Made by a program: the position numbers and the translations under genes
Notes under the pieces: generated by a model
Told to the model about the DNA's origin: nothing
Seen by the model: only the letters and a program-made list of their open reading frames with translations
Database searches by the model: none
Source of the DNA: an uncultured SAR324 cluster bacterium
Lineage (GTDB): Bacteria; SAR324; NAC60-12
NCBI GenBank assembly: GCA_905182865.1
Contig: CAJJCY010000002.1
Span: forward strand, 131,040 to 195,039
Length of the DNA stretch: 64,000 bases
Direction of reading: 5' to 3'
Part shown: in pieces, positions 31,498-40,782 of the stretch
Layout: each line of letters starts with the position of its first letter
Numbering within the stretch: the first letter of the stretch is position 1

Positions 31498-31655
31498 TTT
31501 ATTCTCCTTCGTTTGAATTATTGGAACAGGAATGATACAATCTTCACCGGATCTTATCTGACAATCTTCAGCAAAGCTTGTGCCTCCTGAATCAATAATA
31601 CACTCGTTGTGAGGGTGGCTGTCAACTCTTTTTTTAAATGAATTTTAAATAAATT

Positions 31656-32678
31656 TTGGAAACACCACTAAAACATTTTCAACTCGGAAATGTCGAGTTG
31701 CTCTCCGGAAAGATTCTTCCGGATGCGGTGCTGGCCTACAGCACTTACGGAAAATTGAGTCCGGATAAAGACAATGTGGTACTTCTTCCGACCTTCTACA
31801 CAGGAAGCCATATCCGAAACGAAGGATTTTTCGGTGCGGGAAGAGCCGTTGATCCTGCACGGCATTTCGTGATTTCTGTCAATATGTTCGGTAATGGGTT
31901 TTCGTCTTCTCCTAGTAACGCATCTCCTCCGGCAGATGGACAGCGTTTCCCGGAGATCTCACTTTATGACAACATCAGCTGTCAGCACCGTTTATTGACC
32001 GAAAAATTCGGTATTGAACACATACGGCTTGTTGCGGGTTGGTCGATGGCGGGCTGTCAAGCCTATCACTGGGCGGCGCAGTTTCCGGAAATGGTGGAGG
32101 CGATTCTGCCGTTTTGTGCATCAGCCCGGACATCACCCCACAATTTTGTATTTTTGGAAGGCGTGAAAGCCGCACTCACCGCCGATCAAAATTGGCAAAA
32201 CGGACATTATGATTCGCCTCCGGAAGCCGGCTTGAAAGCATTTGCGCGAGTTTACGCCGGTTGGGCTTTTTCACAAACTTTTTACCGTGATGAGTTGTAT
32301 AAAACATTGGGATTTGAAACTCCAGAAGATTTGTTAAAGGATTGGGAAGCAGATCATTTGGAGTGGGATGCGAATAATCTTTTAAGTAAATTACGGACTT
32401 GGCAAACGGCCGATATCAGTGCAAACCCAGTTTACGCAGGAGATTTTCAGCAGGCACTTAAAGCAATTCAAGCCAAAACCATTGTGATTGCCTGCAGTTC
32501 AGACTTGTATTTTCCACCGGAAGATAATGAGATTGAAGTGTGCCAAATGCGAGACGCGGAATTACGAATTTACGATTCGCCTTGGGGACACTGCGTCGCT
32601 TCACCGGGGAACGACCCCCAATTTACCCGTTTTCTTGATTCTGCAATTTCAGAGCTTTTGGAAACGGATTTTTCTTGA
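31656..32678 (+). CDS. alpha/beta hydrolase, homoserine O-acetyltransferase (MetX)-like family
   Basis: 340 aa with a MetX-like N-terminus (LLSGKILPDAVLAYSTYGKLSPDKDNVVLLPTFYTGSH), nucleophile elbow GWSMAG and a late His (SPWGH). TTG start. Confidence 0.65.
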   Translation: METPLKHFQLGNVELLSGKILPDAVLAYSTYGKLSPDKDNVVLLPTFYTGSHIRNEGFFGAGRAVDPARHFVISVNMFGNGFSSSPSNASPPADGQRFPEISLYDNISCQHRLLTEKFGIEHIRLVAGWSMAGCQAYHWAAQFPEMVEAILPFCASARTSPHNFVFLEGVKAALTADQNWQNGHYDSPPEAGLKAFARVYAGWAFSQTFYRDELYKTLGFETPEDLLKDWEADHLEWDANNLLSKLRTWQTADISANPVYAGDFQQALKAIQAKTIVIACSSDLYFPPEDNEIEVCQMRDAELRIYDSPWGHCVASPGNDPQFTRFLDSAISELLETDFS

Positions 32679-32726
32679 TGTTCGTCAAAACGGCATCATA
32701 AATCATCAACAATAAAAGGATTAAAA

Positions 32727-33113
32727 ATGACTAAACCTACTGTTTTCAAACGTGCAGACATTCAACACCGCAAAGACGGTCTTGAAGATGGCGGAACTTA
32801 CATCAAACCCTTGGTGACCGTGAAGAACAGCGAAAGCATGGCTGGTGGAGTGAACTTTTTGAAAAAAGTTTCCATTCCCTGGGATTTAACTTGTGATGAA
32901 ATTATCTATTGCCACGAAGGAAATTTTCGTTTGATGTGTGACGGAGAAGCATACGAACTTGGTCCGGGCGACATGATGCTCGTTCCCAAAGACAATCATA
33001 TTTGCTATGAAACAGATGATGAATGCACTATCTTCTATGCCGCCTATCCGGTGAACTGGAAACAACTGGCTGGTTTGACCGAAGTTCCGGGTATCGATCC
33101 TGAAGATATGTGA
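32727..33113 (+). CDS. cupin-fold protein (EutQ/DUF861-like)
   Basis: 128 aa with a cupin-like pattern (..DEIIYCHEGNFRLMCDGEAYELGPGDMMLVPKDN..). Confidence 0.5.
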   Translation: MTKPTVFKRADIQHRKDGLEDGGTYIKPLVTVKNSESMAGGVNFLKKVSIPWDLTCDEIIYCHEGNFRLMCDGEAYELGPGDMMLVPKDNHICYETDDECTIFYAAYPVNWKQLAGLTEVPGIDPEDM

Positions 33114-33300
33114 CTCAGTAATGGTTGTTTCAGGTGGAGTCACATCCACAACATTCTTATTTTTGTAATCCCAACCTATTTATGTTACATTTTGGGTACT
33201 AGTAATAAAACAAACAGTATTATTTTACTTTTGAAATTGAGGTAAAAAGGGGACGCCCTTCGATACATCTTTTTAACTAACTGAAAAGGAAAGAATCATC

Positions 33301-33792
33301 ATGGGAGAAGACACCTACCGCAGGCCGAGCTGGGACGAATATTTTTTAGGATTGATGGATGAGGTGGGCAAACGCGCAACCTGCGACAGGGGCCGCAGCG
33401 GATGCATCGTGGTCCGGGACAAGCAGATCGTCTGTACGGGCTATGTTGGTTCTCCTCCGGGATTCCCCCATTGTGATGAGGTGGGACATTTGATGAAGAA
33501 GGTCGTGGAGGAGGATGGCACGTCCCGAATGCATTGTGTGAGGACCATTCATGCGGAGCAGAATGCGATCTGTCAGGCCGCCAAAAACGGGATTTCGCTC
33601 AAAGGAGGCACCTTGTACTGCAAGATGGAACCCTGCCGCGTCTGCGCGATGCTGATCATCAGCGTGGGCATCACTAAGGTGATTGCCAAAAAAAAATACC
33701 ATGCAGCTCAAGATACCCGAGACATGTTCCAGCAGGCCAGGGTCGAATTGGTCGTGGTTGAGGATGAAGTAGAGCAGTATTCGGGTCAGTGA
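33301..33792 (+). CDS. dCMP deaminase (CMP/dCMP deaminase zinc-binding family)
   Basis: 163 aa. HAEQNAI and PCRVCAMLI zinc motifs, with a ComEB/dCMP-deaminase-like N-terminus (SWDEYFLGLMDEVGKRATC). The start of the gene is about 57% GC by hand count. Confidence 0.85.
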   Translation: MGEDTYRRPSWDEYFLGLMDEVGKRATCDRGRSGCIVVRDKQIVCTGYVGSPPGFPHCDEVGHLMKKVVEEDGTSRMHCVRTIHAEQNAICQAAKNGISLKGGTLYCKMEPCRVCAMLIISVGITKVIAKKKYHAAQDTRDMFQQARVELVVVEDEVEQYSGQ

Positions 33793-33867
33793 GGTCCTCC
33801 AACCATCTATACACACTATACGGTTTCCACTTGGCTTGAACTGATCTACCTTGCTGCCGGACTAGAG

Positions 33868-35185
33868 TTAATTATTACTTAAACATCCAACGCATTTTGT
33901 CGTTCCCATTCGGAGAAGTGCTGCATATAGCTGTTCCATTCGTTCCATCTTGAGCTTGACATATGAGTCCGCAAACTCAGCGCCAAGGATGTTTCGCATA
34001 GATTTGTTATTCTGGAAGGCACGCAGTGCATCCAGTAAGTTAAGAGGAAGCTTTGGTGCATTTTTAACTTTGTGACCCTCGGCATACATATCAATATCCA
34101 GTCGTTTTCCGGGATCAGTTTTGTTTTCTACGCCCCATAAGCCTGCCCCAATCAGCACTGCCTGCAGCAGATAAGGATTAGCGGCACCATCTGGCAAGCG
34201 CACTTCAAACCGGTCCTGGTCCTGGAACGCGACCATGTGGGTTCGGTTATTTCCAGTCCAAGTCACGGTATTGGGCGCCCAGGTTGCTCCTGAAGTGGTG
34301 CGTGGGGCATTGATACGTTTGATAACTGTTCACTGTTGGATTTGTGATTGCGGCCAAGCTGACGCATGTTTCATGAATGCCACCTATAAAATACACGCCT
34401 CTTGCGACAAAGTCCGCCTATTTATCTCCTGCAGATTCTGGTTTGCCATCTTTTCCAGATCGACATATTGACATGCATGCCCGTTGCCATTGTCAGCTCG
34501 GCAATCGGCTTGGGCATGAAGGTCGCTGTTTTGCCATAGGCTTGTGCCACATTGTGGATGACATATTTAAAGAATACATGTCTATCAGCTGTAGTTAAGC
34601 AATCAGTATAATCCCAGTTCATTTCAAACTGTCCATTCGCGTCTTCGTGATCATTTTGATATGGCCCCCAGCCCATAGTCTCCATGCTGGTCGCAGATTT
34701 CCGAATTACATCATAATCTGCCGCATCAGTGCCTGCTGGTCATAACAGGGTTTGGCTTGAATATCGGCTGAATCCGCGACAGCTGTTCCTTCAGGATTCA
34801 ATATAAAGTATTCACACTCAACCCCGGTTTTCACTTGAAAACCTTTTTCTCCCGCATCAGCAAGTACTTGTTTTAATACAGTGCGGGGACCGTGCGCCAC
34901 AATTTTTCCACCAAGATAAATATCACTGGGCAACCAGCCTACCTCCGGTTTCCATGGTAACTGTATCAGCCTATCGGCGTCAGGAACCCCGAACATGTCT
35001 GAATCTGCAGGGGTCATGTCAAGATGCGCAGCAAAGCCGGCGAAACCAGCACCGTTTTTCTGCATGCCTGCTATCGCAGCAGCAGGAACCAATTTTGACC
35101 TGACTACTCCAAACAAGTCAGTGAAACTAATTAAAAAATATCGTATACCCTTTTCCTTTGCTGTTTCCGCAAGACTGATACTCAT
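33868..35185 (-). pseudogene. gmaS: gamma-glutamylmethylamide synthetase-like GS paralog 2, at least 4 frame disruptions
   Basis: Fragments are 34706-35185 (N-domain ..GIRYFLISFTDLFGVVRSKLVP..GVECEYFIL), 34422-34685 (YQNDHEDANGQFEMNWDY..TATFMPKPIAELT) and 33868-34266 (TWTGNNRTHMV..RFEVRLPDGAANPYLL..). The true C-terminus (EWNSYMQHFSEWERQNALDV) sits in a fourth frame (33879-34094). Confidence 0.75.
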
Positions 35186-35234
35186 TTTTACATCTCTGGT
35201 TATTGATTATTGTCACCTAATAAGCCTAAATAAC

Positions 35235-35400
35235 GTGTTATTTCGAGTAAAGATAAATCTTACACAAACTTCTAAACTTGTATCCTCAAAGTTTATCCAT
35301 TCTGTCGAAATGACACTGCATTTAAAGAGCCTCTGGATTTTTTCATTTCCACTTTGCTGATTCAGGTGCGGGGTGGAATTCGGACTTTTTGAAACGATCC
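35235..35400. repeat. composite palindromic intergenic repeat, copy B
   Basis: Arms are gtgttatttcgagtaaagataaatct (35235-35260) and agtttatccattctgtcgaaatgac (35290-35314). They are followed by ctctggatt..ttgctgattcaggtgcggggtggaattcggactttttgaaacgatcc (35331-35400). The architecture is the same as copy A. Confidence 0.75.
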
Positions 35401-35487
35401 AGTAATAAGTATAAAGAAAATACTCCTCAAAAGTTTACAGCTAGAAAAATGGACAGGCAAGATTTTATTATTTTTGAAATTATTTAC

Positions 35488-35516
35488 TTGACATAAGATT
35501 TTCACTACACGATACT
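35488..35516 (+). promoter_or_regulatory. candidate sigma70-type promoter upstream of tdm (about 240-nt leader)
   Basis: TTGACA (35488-35493), a 17-nt spacer, then GATACT (35511-35516). It shares TTTACTTGACA with the amt promoter candidate. Confidence 0.4.
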
Positions 35517-35753
35517 TACCTCTTTTAGAACAAATGCTTATTACAATTAATTAATTTAATAGTTATTCCCCACAGGTAAACTGGTAAATTAAATTTCAGC
35601 CAACTACCTTTCGGGGTGGATTTAACCTACTCATTTATATTTAAATCCCTATCTCTTAGAGTGTTGCTGGCGACAACATTTTATTGTATTGTCATTGATA
35701 CTTAAACATTCTGAGTTTTATCCTCGTTAGTTTAAAACACAATTTAATTAAGC

Positions 35754-38108
35754 ATGGAATTAACTAATACATCAACTTCACGCCTTTTGGAACCTGGCTT
35801 GCGGAGCTTTCTCCCATATGGGATGGAACGCTATCAAGTTCCAGCTATGGGCACAATAGTCGTCACTTTAACTCCAGAAGACAGCTTGACCATTAGAGAT
35901 CCGGAAGGACGCCAATGCGGTGAACTTGTGGTTTTCGGTGAAGGCGGCCGTGAAGATGCTGAGTCACTTGGAACCAAAGCCTCCAAAGAAGCTTCCGGAC
36001 TGAAAAGTATCCTCAGCCAAAAATCAGTAAGCGCCAACAAAGTTACCGCTACACTTAAAAGAGGCGGACTGAATATCGGTAAAATGAAAGCCGTTCCGCT
36101 CTTTTCGAAAGACTCCCTTCCGGATGAAGAAGTTACGTTCCGGGCAAGCCGCGAGCTCACCTGTGTAATTGCCTCACTGGGCGAAAACATGATCGTAGAA
36201 GAACAAAATCCTCCGACTGATTTGGTGGCCTTTGTACAACGTGCCAATCCTGAAAACGTACCGACTCCCGATTTACCGGAACCACTCGCTGATCCACGCT
36301 TGGAAATCCGCATTCATAACAGTACCGCCAATGCTTATGAAATCAAAGCAGGAGAGTATTTTCAAATTTTGGATGTCGCCGGACGGCAGTGTTCCGATTT
36401 TCAAGCATTCAAGACCAGTCAATTGGACAAAGGGATTGAGAGTTGTATTGAGATGACAAGTACCCGTTCGCTGAATATGACTTCGTGTCCAAAGCCGGGC
36501 TTGCATTCAAAATTTTTCGATCAGGAAATGCAACCGTTGGTCGAAGTGATACAGGATACTGTGGGACAGCATGATACGTTTGGTCTGGCTTGCGCCCCAA
36601 AATATTATGATGATATGGGATATTTTGGCCACATCAGTTGCTCCGAAAATTTCAATACTAATCTGGAGCATTACGGAGTTCAAGCACGGGAAGGTTGGCC
36701 TGCTATCAATTTTTTCTTTAACACAGGAGTGGATGATCATCATGCAATGTATTCGGATGAGTCATATTCACGTCCTGGAGACTACATTTTATTGAAAGCC
36801 TTAACGGACATTGTTTGCGTGTCTTCTGCTTGTCCAGACGATACTACTTCGGCAAACGGCTGGAATCCTACCGATATTCACGTCCGGGTTTATCCGGCCA
36901 AAAATCTTTTCTCTAAAGCCATAGCAACTAGAATGACTCCCGAATCCGATGCTAAAATGACCCAAGAAACTGCCTTTCATAGCCGGACTTCCGCACTGAC
37001 TCGGAATTTCGTTGAGTACAATGGATATTGGCTTCCGACCTGTTATACCAATGGTGGAGCACAAGAAGAATATTACGCCTGCCGCGAAAAAGCGGTGGTG
37101 ATGGATTTATCACCACTCCGAAAATTTGAAATTCTCGGACCGGATGCAGAGCTTTTGATGCAGTGGGTACTCACTCGAAATGTAAGAAAACTCGCAGTTG
37201 GACAAGTCGTTTACTCTTCCATGTGCTACCCGCACGGTGGGATGATGGACGACGGAACTTTACTGCGTATTTCTCAAGACAACTTCCGTTGGGTGGGTGG
37301 AAGTGACTACGGTGGAGAGTGGATGCGACAACAGGCAAAAGAAAAAGGCTACAAAGTTTGGGTCAAATCCTCAACCGATCAATTGCACAACATTGCAGTT
37401 CAAGGTCCCAAAAGCCGTGATATTCTCAAAAAAATTATCTGGACTCCAGAGCATCAGCCAAAAGTGGAAGAAGTCAACTGGTTCCGTTTTACCATCGGCC
37501 GCATAGGAGACCTCAACGGAGTTCCAGTGATGATTTCCCGCACCGGATATACAGGGGAATTGGGATATGAAGTCTGGTGTCATCCTAATGACGCCCCTGC
37601 AGTTTGGGACGCGGTTTGGGAAGAAGGACAGGAGCACGGCCTAAAACCGCTTGGACTGGACGCGCTGGACCTTGTGCGTATTGAATCGGGTTTGGTTTTT
37701 GCCAGTTATGAGTTCTCTGACCAAACTGATCCGTTTGAAGCAGGGGTTGGTTTTACTGTACCACTCAAAACCAAGGAGGATGATTTTGTAGGTAAAGAAG
37801 CACTGATCCGCCGTAAAGCCAGTCCGCAGAAACAACTCGTAGGTTTGGAATTGGACGGACACGAAATTGGAGCTCACGGCGATTGTGTTCACACTTCCGG
37901 CGGGCGTGCTCAGGTTGGCATAATTACCAGCGGAATGCGTTCACCACTTCTGAAGAAAAACATCGCGTTATGCAGGATGGATGTAGCACATGCAGAACTG
38001 GGTACGAAAGTGGAAGTTGGGAAACTGGACGGACACCAAAAGCGTATTCCGGCACAGGTGGTGAAATTTCCGTTTTATGATCCGGAAAAACTTAAACCTA
38101 GATCTTGA
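35754..38108 (+). CDS. tdm: trimethylamine N-oxide demethylase (DUF1989 N-terminal domain + GcvT-type tetrahydrofolate-binding aminomethyltransferase domain)
   Basis: Intact 784-aa ORF. The C-terminal ~370 aa show a GcvT pattern (VVMDLSPLRKFEILGPDA..ISRTGYTGELGYEVW..GLDALDLVRIESGL..). The large N-terminal domain and overall length match the Tdm architecture characterised in Methylocella, Ruegeria and SAR11. Confidence 0.8.
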   Translation: MELTNTSTSRLLEPGLRSFLPYGMERYQVPAMGTIVVTLTPEDSLTIRDPEGRQCGELVVFGEGGREDAESLGTKASKEASGLKSILSQKSVSANKVTATLKRGGLNIGKMKAVPLFSKDSLPDEEVTFRASRELTCVIASLGENMIVEEQNPPTDLVAFVQRANPENVPTPDLPEPLADPRLEIRIHNSTANAYEIKAGEYFQILDVAGRQCSDFQAFKTSQLDKGIESCIEMTSTRSLNMTSCPKPGLHSKFFDQEMQPLVEVIQDTVGQHDTFGLACAPKYYDDMGYFGHISCSENFNTNLEHYGVQAREGWPAINFFFNTGVDDHHAMYSDESYSRPGDYILLKALTDIVCVSSACPDDTTSANGWNPTDIHVRVYPAKNLFSKAIATRMTPESDAKMTQETAFHSRTSALTRNFVEYNGYWLPTCYTNGGAQEEYYACREKAVVMDLSPLRKFEILGPDAELLMQWVLTRNVRKLAVGQVVYSSMCYPHGGMMDDGTLLRISQDNFRWVGGSDYGGEWMRQQAKEKGYKVWVKSSTDQLHNIAVQGPKSRDILKKIIWTPEHQPKVEEVNWFRFTIGRIGDLNGVPVMISRTGYTGELGYEVWCHPNDAPAVWDAVWEEGQEHGLKPLGLDALDLVRIESGLVFASYEFSDQTDPFEAGVGFTVPLKTKEDDFVGKEALIRRKASPQKQLVGLELDGHEIGAHGDCVHTSGGRAQVGIITSGMRSPLLKKNIALCRMDVAHAELGTKVEVGKLDGHQKRIPAQVVKFPFYDPEKLKPRS

Positions 38109-38272
38109 CTTCTTGGAAAGTTTGCAGTAAATTTGATCATTTTTTAAAATGCTGGGTTATGAAAAACTTAAAGAAGTTTAATCAGGATGGCAGTAAATAT
38201 TTTTTTTGCTGCCTTAATTTTCCGATCTTGAATTTTCAAGTTCGGATATAAATATTACTTCGAGGAGAAGAT

Positions 38273-39740
38273 ATGACAGACTTAGAAGCACACGTTAACG
38301 CCGAGGGGCGAGACAAGTTGGTTAAACAGGTACGTGAGAAAATAAACGAACTTGGAGTCACCTATATTTACTATCAATTCATTTCCGTTACCGGCAGAAT
38401 CGTCGGCAAAGGTATTCCTGCCGATCATTGGGAGCGAACAGCCGAAAGAGGCTTCCAACTCGTGTATGGTTCCACTGCAAACTTGTTTGTTGATAGACAC
38501 GGCGATTATATCGGTTACGGGCCAGAATCATCAGAGTTAGTCGGAATCCCTGATCCAGAGACTTTTTGCCAATTGCCTTGGGACAAGCGAGTTGCACGTG
38601 TATTCTGCACTTGTTTCCGAAACCGTGAAGAAAGCCAGAATCCAGGAGGACATCTGACATCTGACTGCCGTGGCAATCTACGCATCATTCACAACGAATT
38701 TCAGGAAAAACACGGTTTAGACATGCGTGTTGGAACAGAACCGGAAATGATGTGGCTCAAACGAGGAGAAGACGGGAACCCGAACGGAGGAGTTACCAAA
38801 CCGAACTGTTATCACATTGATCAGTTTGAGGAACTTCGCCCGACATTTATGAAAGTCATCGAATACTCTCAGGCTATGGGTCTGGATATTATTCAAGGTG
38901 ATCACGAAGACGCACCGGGACAGTTGGAACTTAATACAATGTTTGACGACGTCCTCCGCAACGCAGACCGCTTAACGCTTACACCATAATCAGGGATTTG
39001 ACTTATCAGATTGTAGTTTGATCCTAATTTTATGTCAAAACCGTTTATGACACGTTTCAGCTTCAGGTTGTCATCACAACATGTCGCTCTGGAGAGGTGG
39101 GAAAGAGTCTGTTAATGACCTTCACAATACTAAACTTCCTGGAATGGAGGGAGCGTTTACTTACCTTTCCGGTGGTGAAAACACTTTTATGCCGGATCCA
39201 TCGATTGATAAGCGAAAGCCAGGACCAGTTGGCTTGCAGTGTATCGGTGGAGTGATGAAACACCTTGACGCTTTAACTTCCATTGGTTCCTCTACAGTGA
39301 ATTCGTATCGCCGTTTATGGGATACAGGTTTTTGGGCTCCGGTCTTTGCAGACTGGGGATATCAGAACCGCACCTGTGCCTTAAGGATTTCTGCTCCAGG
39401 ACGTTTTGAGTATCGATCTGTAGATTCGATGGTCAATCCATACTTGATGGGAGGTGCTCTGTTAAAAGCCTTCGATGACGGCATAACTAACGATCTTGAT
39501 CCCGGAGAAGCCGAAGAGCGCAACATTTATGAAGCGATAGATGCTGGTAAGCAAGTAAAGAAATTACCGATGACTCTTGGAGATGCTTTACAAAAGTTGG
39601 CGGATGACGAGGTCATAAAATCTTCGATGCCGGATGAGATGTACAAAGTTTTCCAGCATTATAAAAATGATGAATGGGAGCGTTTCAATCATACAGTTAC
39701 AGACTGGGATCTGGAAACATATCTTGACTGTTTGCCCTGA
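38273..39740 (+). pseudogene. gmaS: gamma-glutamylmethylamide synthetase-like GS paralog 3, burst of disruptions in mid-gene
   Basis: ORF 38273-38989 (..GTEPEMMWLK..DHEDAPGQLELNTMFDD..ADRLTL) and ORF 39081-39740 (MSLW..NSYRRL..NRTCALRISAPGRFEYRSVDSMVNPYL..). The 51 nt between RLT and FMSKPFM hold three same-frame stops (38987, 38999, 39014). A 1-nt shift at about 39050 precedes HVSASGCHHNMSLW. Confidence 0.75.
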
Positions 39741-39846
39741 TCGAGAGCTAAAGTAGAACTCAACAGGATATGGGTGAGCTGAAAAGTTTGCCCACATATT
39801 TGACATAAATACAAGAATATTATCAATCACAAAGAGAAGGAATAAA

Positions 39847-40782
39847 ATGTGTGGAATAGCAGGAATTATCCGCCGGGGTGATCCCGGAAACATAGGGGAG
39901 GAGATGACTTCCATGCTCAGATCCTTGAAACATCGTGGACCTGATTCCACCGGATTTGCCGTTTACGGTCTACCCGAAAAAGATCAGTACGTGATGCGCT
40001 TCAAGGTTGCTGAACAGGAAGACATCGGCAAAGGTTTTGATATTCATGAGCAAATAAAGGACCGGAGAGCTACTGTAAACAGTCGTCTCAAGGAACTTGG
40101 TGTTGAAATATTGTCGGAAGAGGAAGCTACGGATTATGCGTTTCGCTACACTCTACGATATGACGGTGACTTGCGCAGAATGGCGGATTATATTGAAGAC
40201 ATAGATGACGCTGAAATCATGTCATTGGGGGAAGGATTGGAGTTGATAAAGGACTTGGGAGATGCTGATGTTGTTTCCGAACAGTACGGTCTTGGCAACT
40301 TTAACGGGAGCCATGCCATCGGTCACACACGGATGGCAACTGAATCCGATGTCGATATTCGCTCTGCACATCCGTACTGGGCATATCCATTCAACGACGT
40401 TTCCGTTGTGCACAATGGACAGTTGACTAACTACTGGAAGTGGCGCAGAACGATGGAACATCGTGGACACAGATTTATGTCACATTGTGATTCAGAATTG
40501 ATTGCTGTTTATCTTGCTGACAAAATGGATAATAATATTGGTCTGGAAGAAGCAATGACTGATTCGCTGGATGAACTGGATGGTGTTTTTACTTATGTGG
40601 TTGCGACTTCAGACAAGTTGGGAATGGCCAAAGACGTTATGGCTGCTAAGCCTATGGTTATCTATGAGAGTGATGACTTTATCGCGTTGGCTTCTGAAGA
40701 AGTTTCAATCCGTAAAATCTTCGATCACGATATTGACACATTTGACCCCTATGAAGGAGAGGTGAGAGTATGGGAACTGTAG
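39847..40782 (+). CDS. mgsA: class-II glutamine amidotransferase-like subunit (MgsA-like / split glutamate synthase domain 1), set 2, intact
   Basis: 311 aa starting MCGIAGI, with ..GHTRMATES..VVHNGQLTNY..CDSE..AAKPMV. Confidence 0.8.
   Translation: MCGIAGIIRRGDPGNIGEEMTSMLRSLKHRGPDSTGFAVYGLPEKDQYVMRFKVAEQEDIGKGFDIHEQIKDRRATVNSRLKELGVEILSEEEATDYAFRYTLRYDGDLRRMADYIEDIDDAEIMSLGEGLELIKDLGDADVVSEQYGLGNFNGSHAIGHTRMATESDVDIRSAHPYWAYPFNDVSVVHNGQLTNYWKWRRTMEHRGHRFMSHCDSELIAVYLADKMDNNIGLEEAMTDSLDELDGVFTYVVATSDKLGMAKDVMAAKPMVIYESDDFIALASEEVSIRKIFDHDIDTFDPYEGEVRVWEL

Noticed and set aside
19879-35753. Riboswitch search in the amt, GS-like 1 and tdm leaders (glutamine glnA-type, glycine and THF motifs)
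   Set aside because: I looked by eye for the core strings (CGTTCA..GGAAGTAGG..AAGGAACG for glnA; the GGAGAG..CACCG..ACC pattern for glycine). None was found. The one AAGGAACG hit (about 21955-21962, minus strand) is part of the terminator flank.
29081-36313. Long antisense ORFs inside real genes, e.g. 29081-29596, 30107-30688, 33346-33816 and 35834-36313 (and 3778-4173 further upstream)
   Set aside because: They lie entirely within well-supported genes on the other strand. They are Ser/Arg/Pro-rich with no motifs, and they are longest in the GC-rich block where stop codons are rare. These are typical shadow ORFs.
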